Origin: Podarcis cretensis
Lineage: Eukaryota
Direction: 5' to 3'
DNA length: 64,000 bases
Assembly: GCA_951804945.1 (NCBI GenBank)
Contig: OX638151.1
Span: 64,356,001 to 64,420,000 of the forward strand
Of the stretch, positions 63,650 through 64,000 are shown piece by piece. Both the position numbers and the translations under genes were made by a program. The notes beneath the pieces are model-generated. The model saw only the letters and a list, made by a program, of their open reading frames with translations. It was not told the DNA's origin and did not search any database. Positions within the stretch are counted from its first letter, which is position 1, and each line of letters starts with the position of its first letter.

Positions 63650-64000
63650 AAGTTTTGCTGAAAGGCTCCACGCGCGAGCGCTACTCTTTTGCCAAGGAAA
63701 CCAAATTGTGCAACCAATTCAAACGAGAGGAAGGGAGGAGAGAGGGGTGGAGGGGCGGGGAGGAAGTGATTTGTTGCTGGCGCTTTACTACTACTACTAT
63801 TACTACTATCGCTGACACTGTGATTGAAAGAAGAAAAAAAAGCGAGCACCGCGCTAGCCAACCGAAGGGCAGCCCCTGCCGTTGCTCTGACGCGATTTCA
63901 CCACGCTAAGCCCTTCGGCCAGGTGCTGCAAGGGGAAGCAAGCCCCGGGCTTTTTTTTCTTTCTCTTTCGCCCTCCTTCGCCAACAGGGGATCCATCATC
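63650..64000. promoter_or_regulatory. Edge of CpG-rich region (5' part of MYB intron 1, near exon 1/promoter)
   Basis: CpG density rises (cgcgcgagcg, gcgagcaccgcgc, gacgcg) and GC box ggggcgggg appears in non-repeat sequence. Confidence 0.6.

Noticed and set aside
63400-64000. MYB exon 1 (MARRPRH...)
   Set aside because: No matching minus-strand coding sequence with a donor was found; it must lie beyond 64000.

Overview
Eukaryotic genomic DNA from a squamate reptile, most likely a lacertid lizard (inferred from Sauria SINEs, a BovB RTE fragment, CR1/L2 fragments and the MITE repertoire). The right ~35 kb carries the proto-oncogene MYB (c-Myb) on the minus strand. Coding exons 2-15 and the in-frame alternative exon 9B were traced base by base with splice sites and consistent phase. 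The 3'UTR runs from 30406 down to a poly(A) signal at 29044-29049. Exon 1 and the promoter lie beyond the right edge, where the sequence turns CpG-rich. Exons 2-15 total 1897 coding nt; with the usual 23-nt coding exon 1 this gives ~639 aa (~759 aa with 9B). The left ~29 kb is repeat-rich intergenic DNA with no recognisable protein-coding exon; the 3' end of the syntenic neighbour AHI1 may be at the far left (unconfirmed). Almost all ORF-track entries are spurious. I found no wholly new gene system. The most notable observations are: (1) a miR-150 site in the MYB 3'UTR with seed plus nt 12-19 pairing, resembling a target-directed miRNA degradation (TDMD) trigger; (2) a Penelope-like insertion with an intact minimal hammerhead ribozyme, a 14-bp TSD and a stuttered junction; (3) a young hAT MITE carrying TTAGGG repeats; (4) a GC-AG intron splitting the EVES motif; (5) two candidate poison exons; (6) a perfect 48-bp SINE inverted repeat in intron 1; and (7) a 65-bp-arm palindrome.
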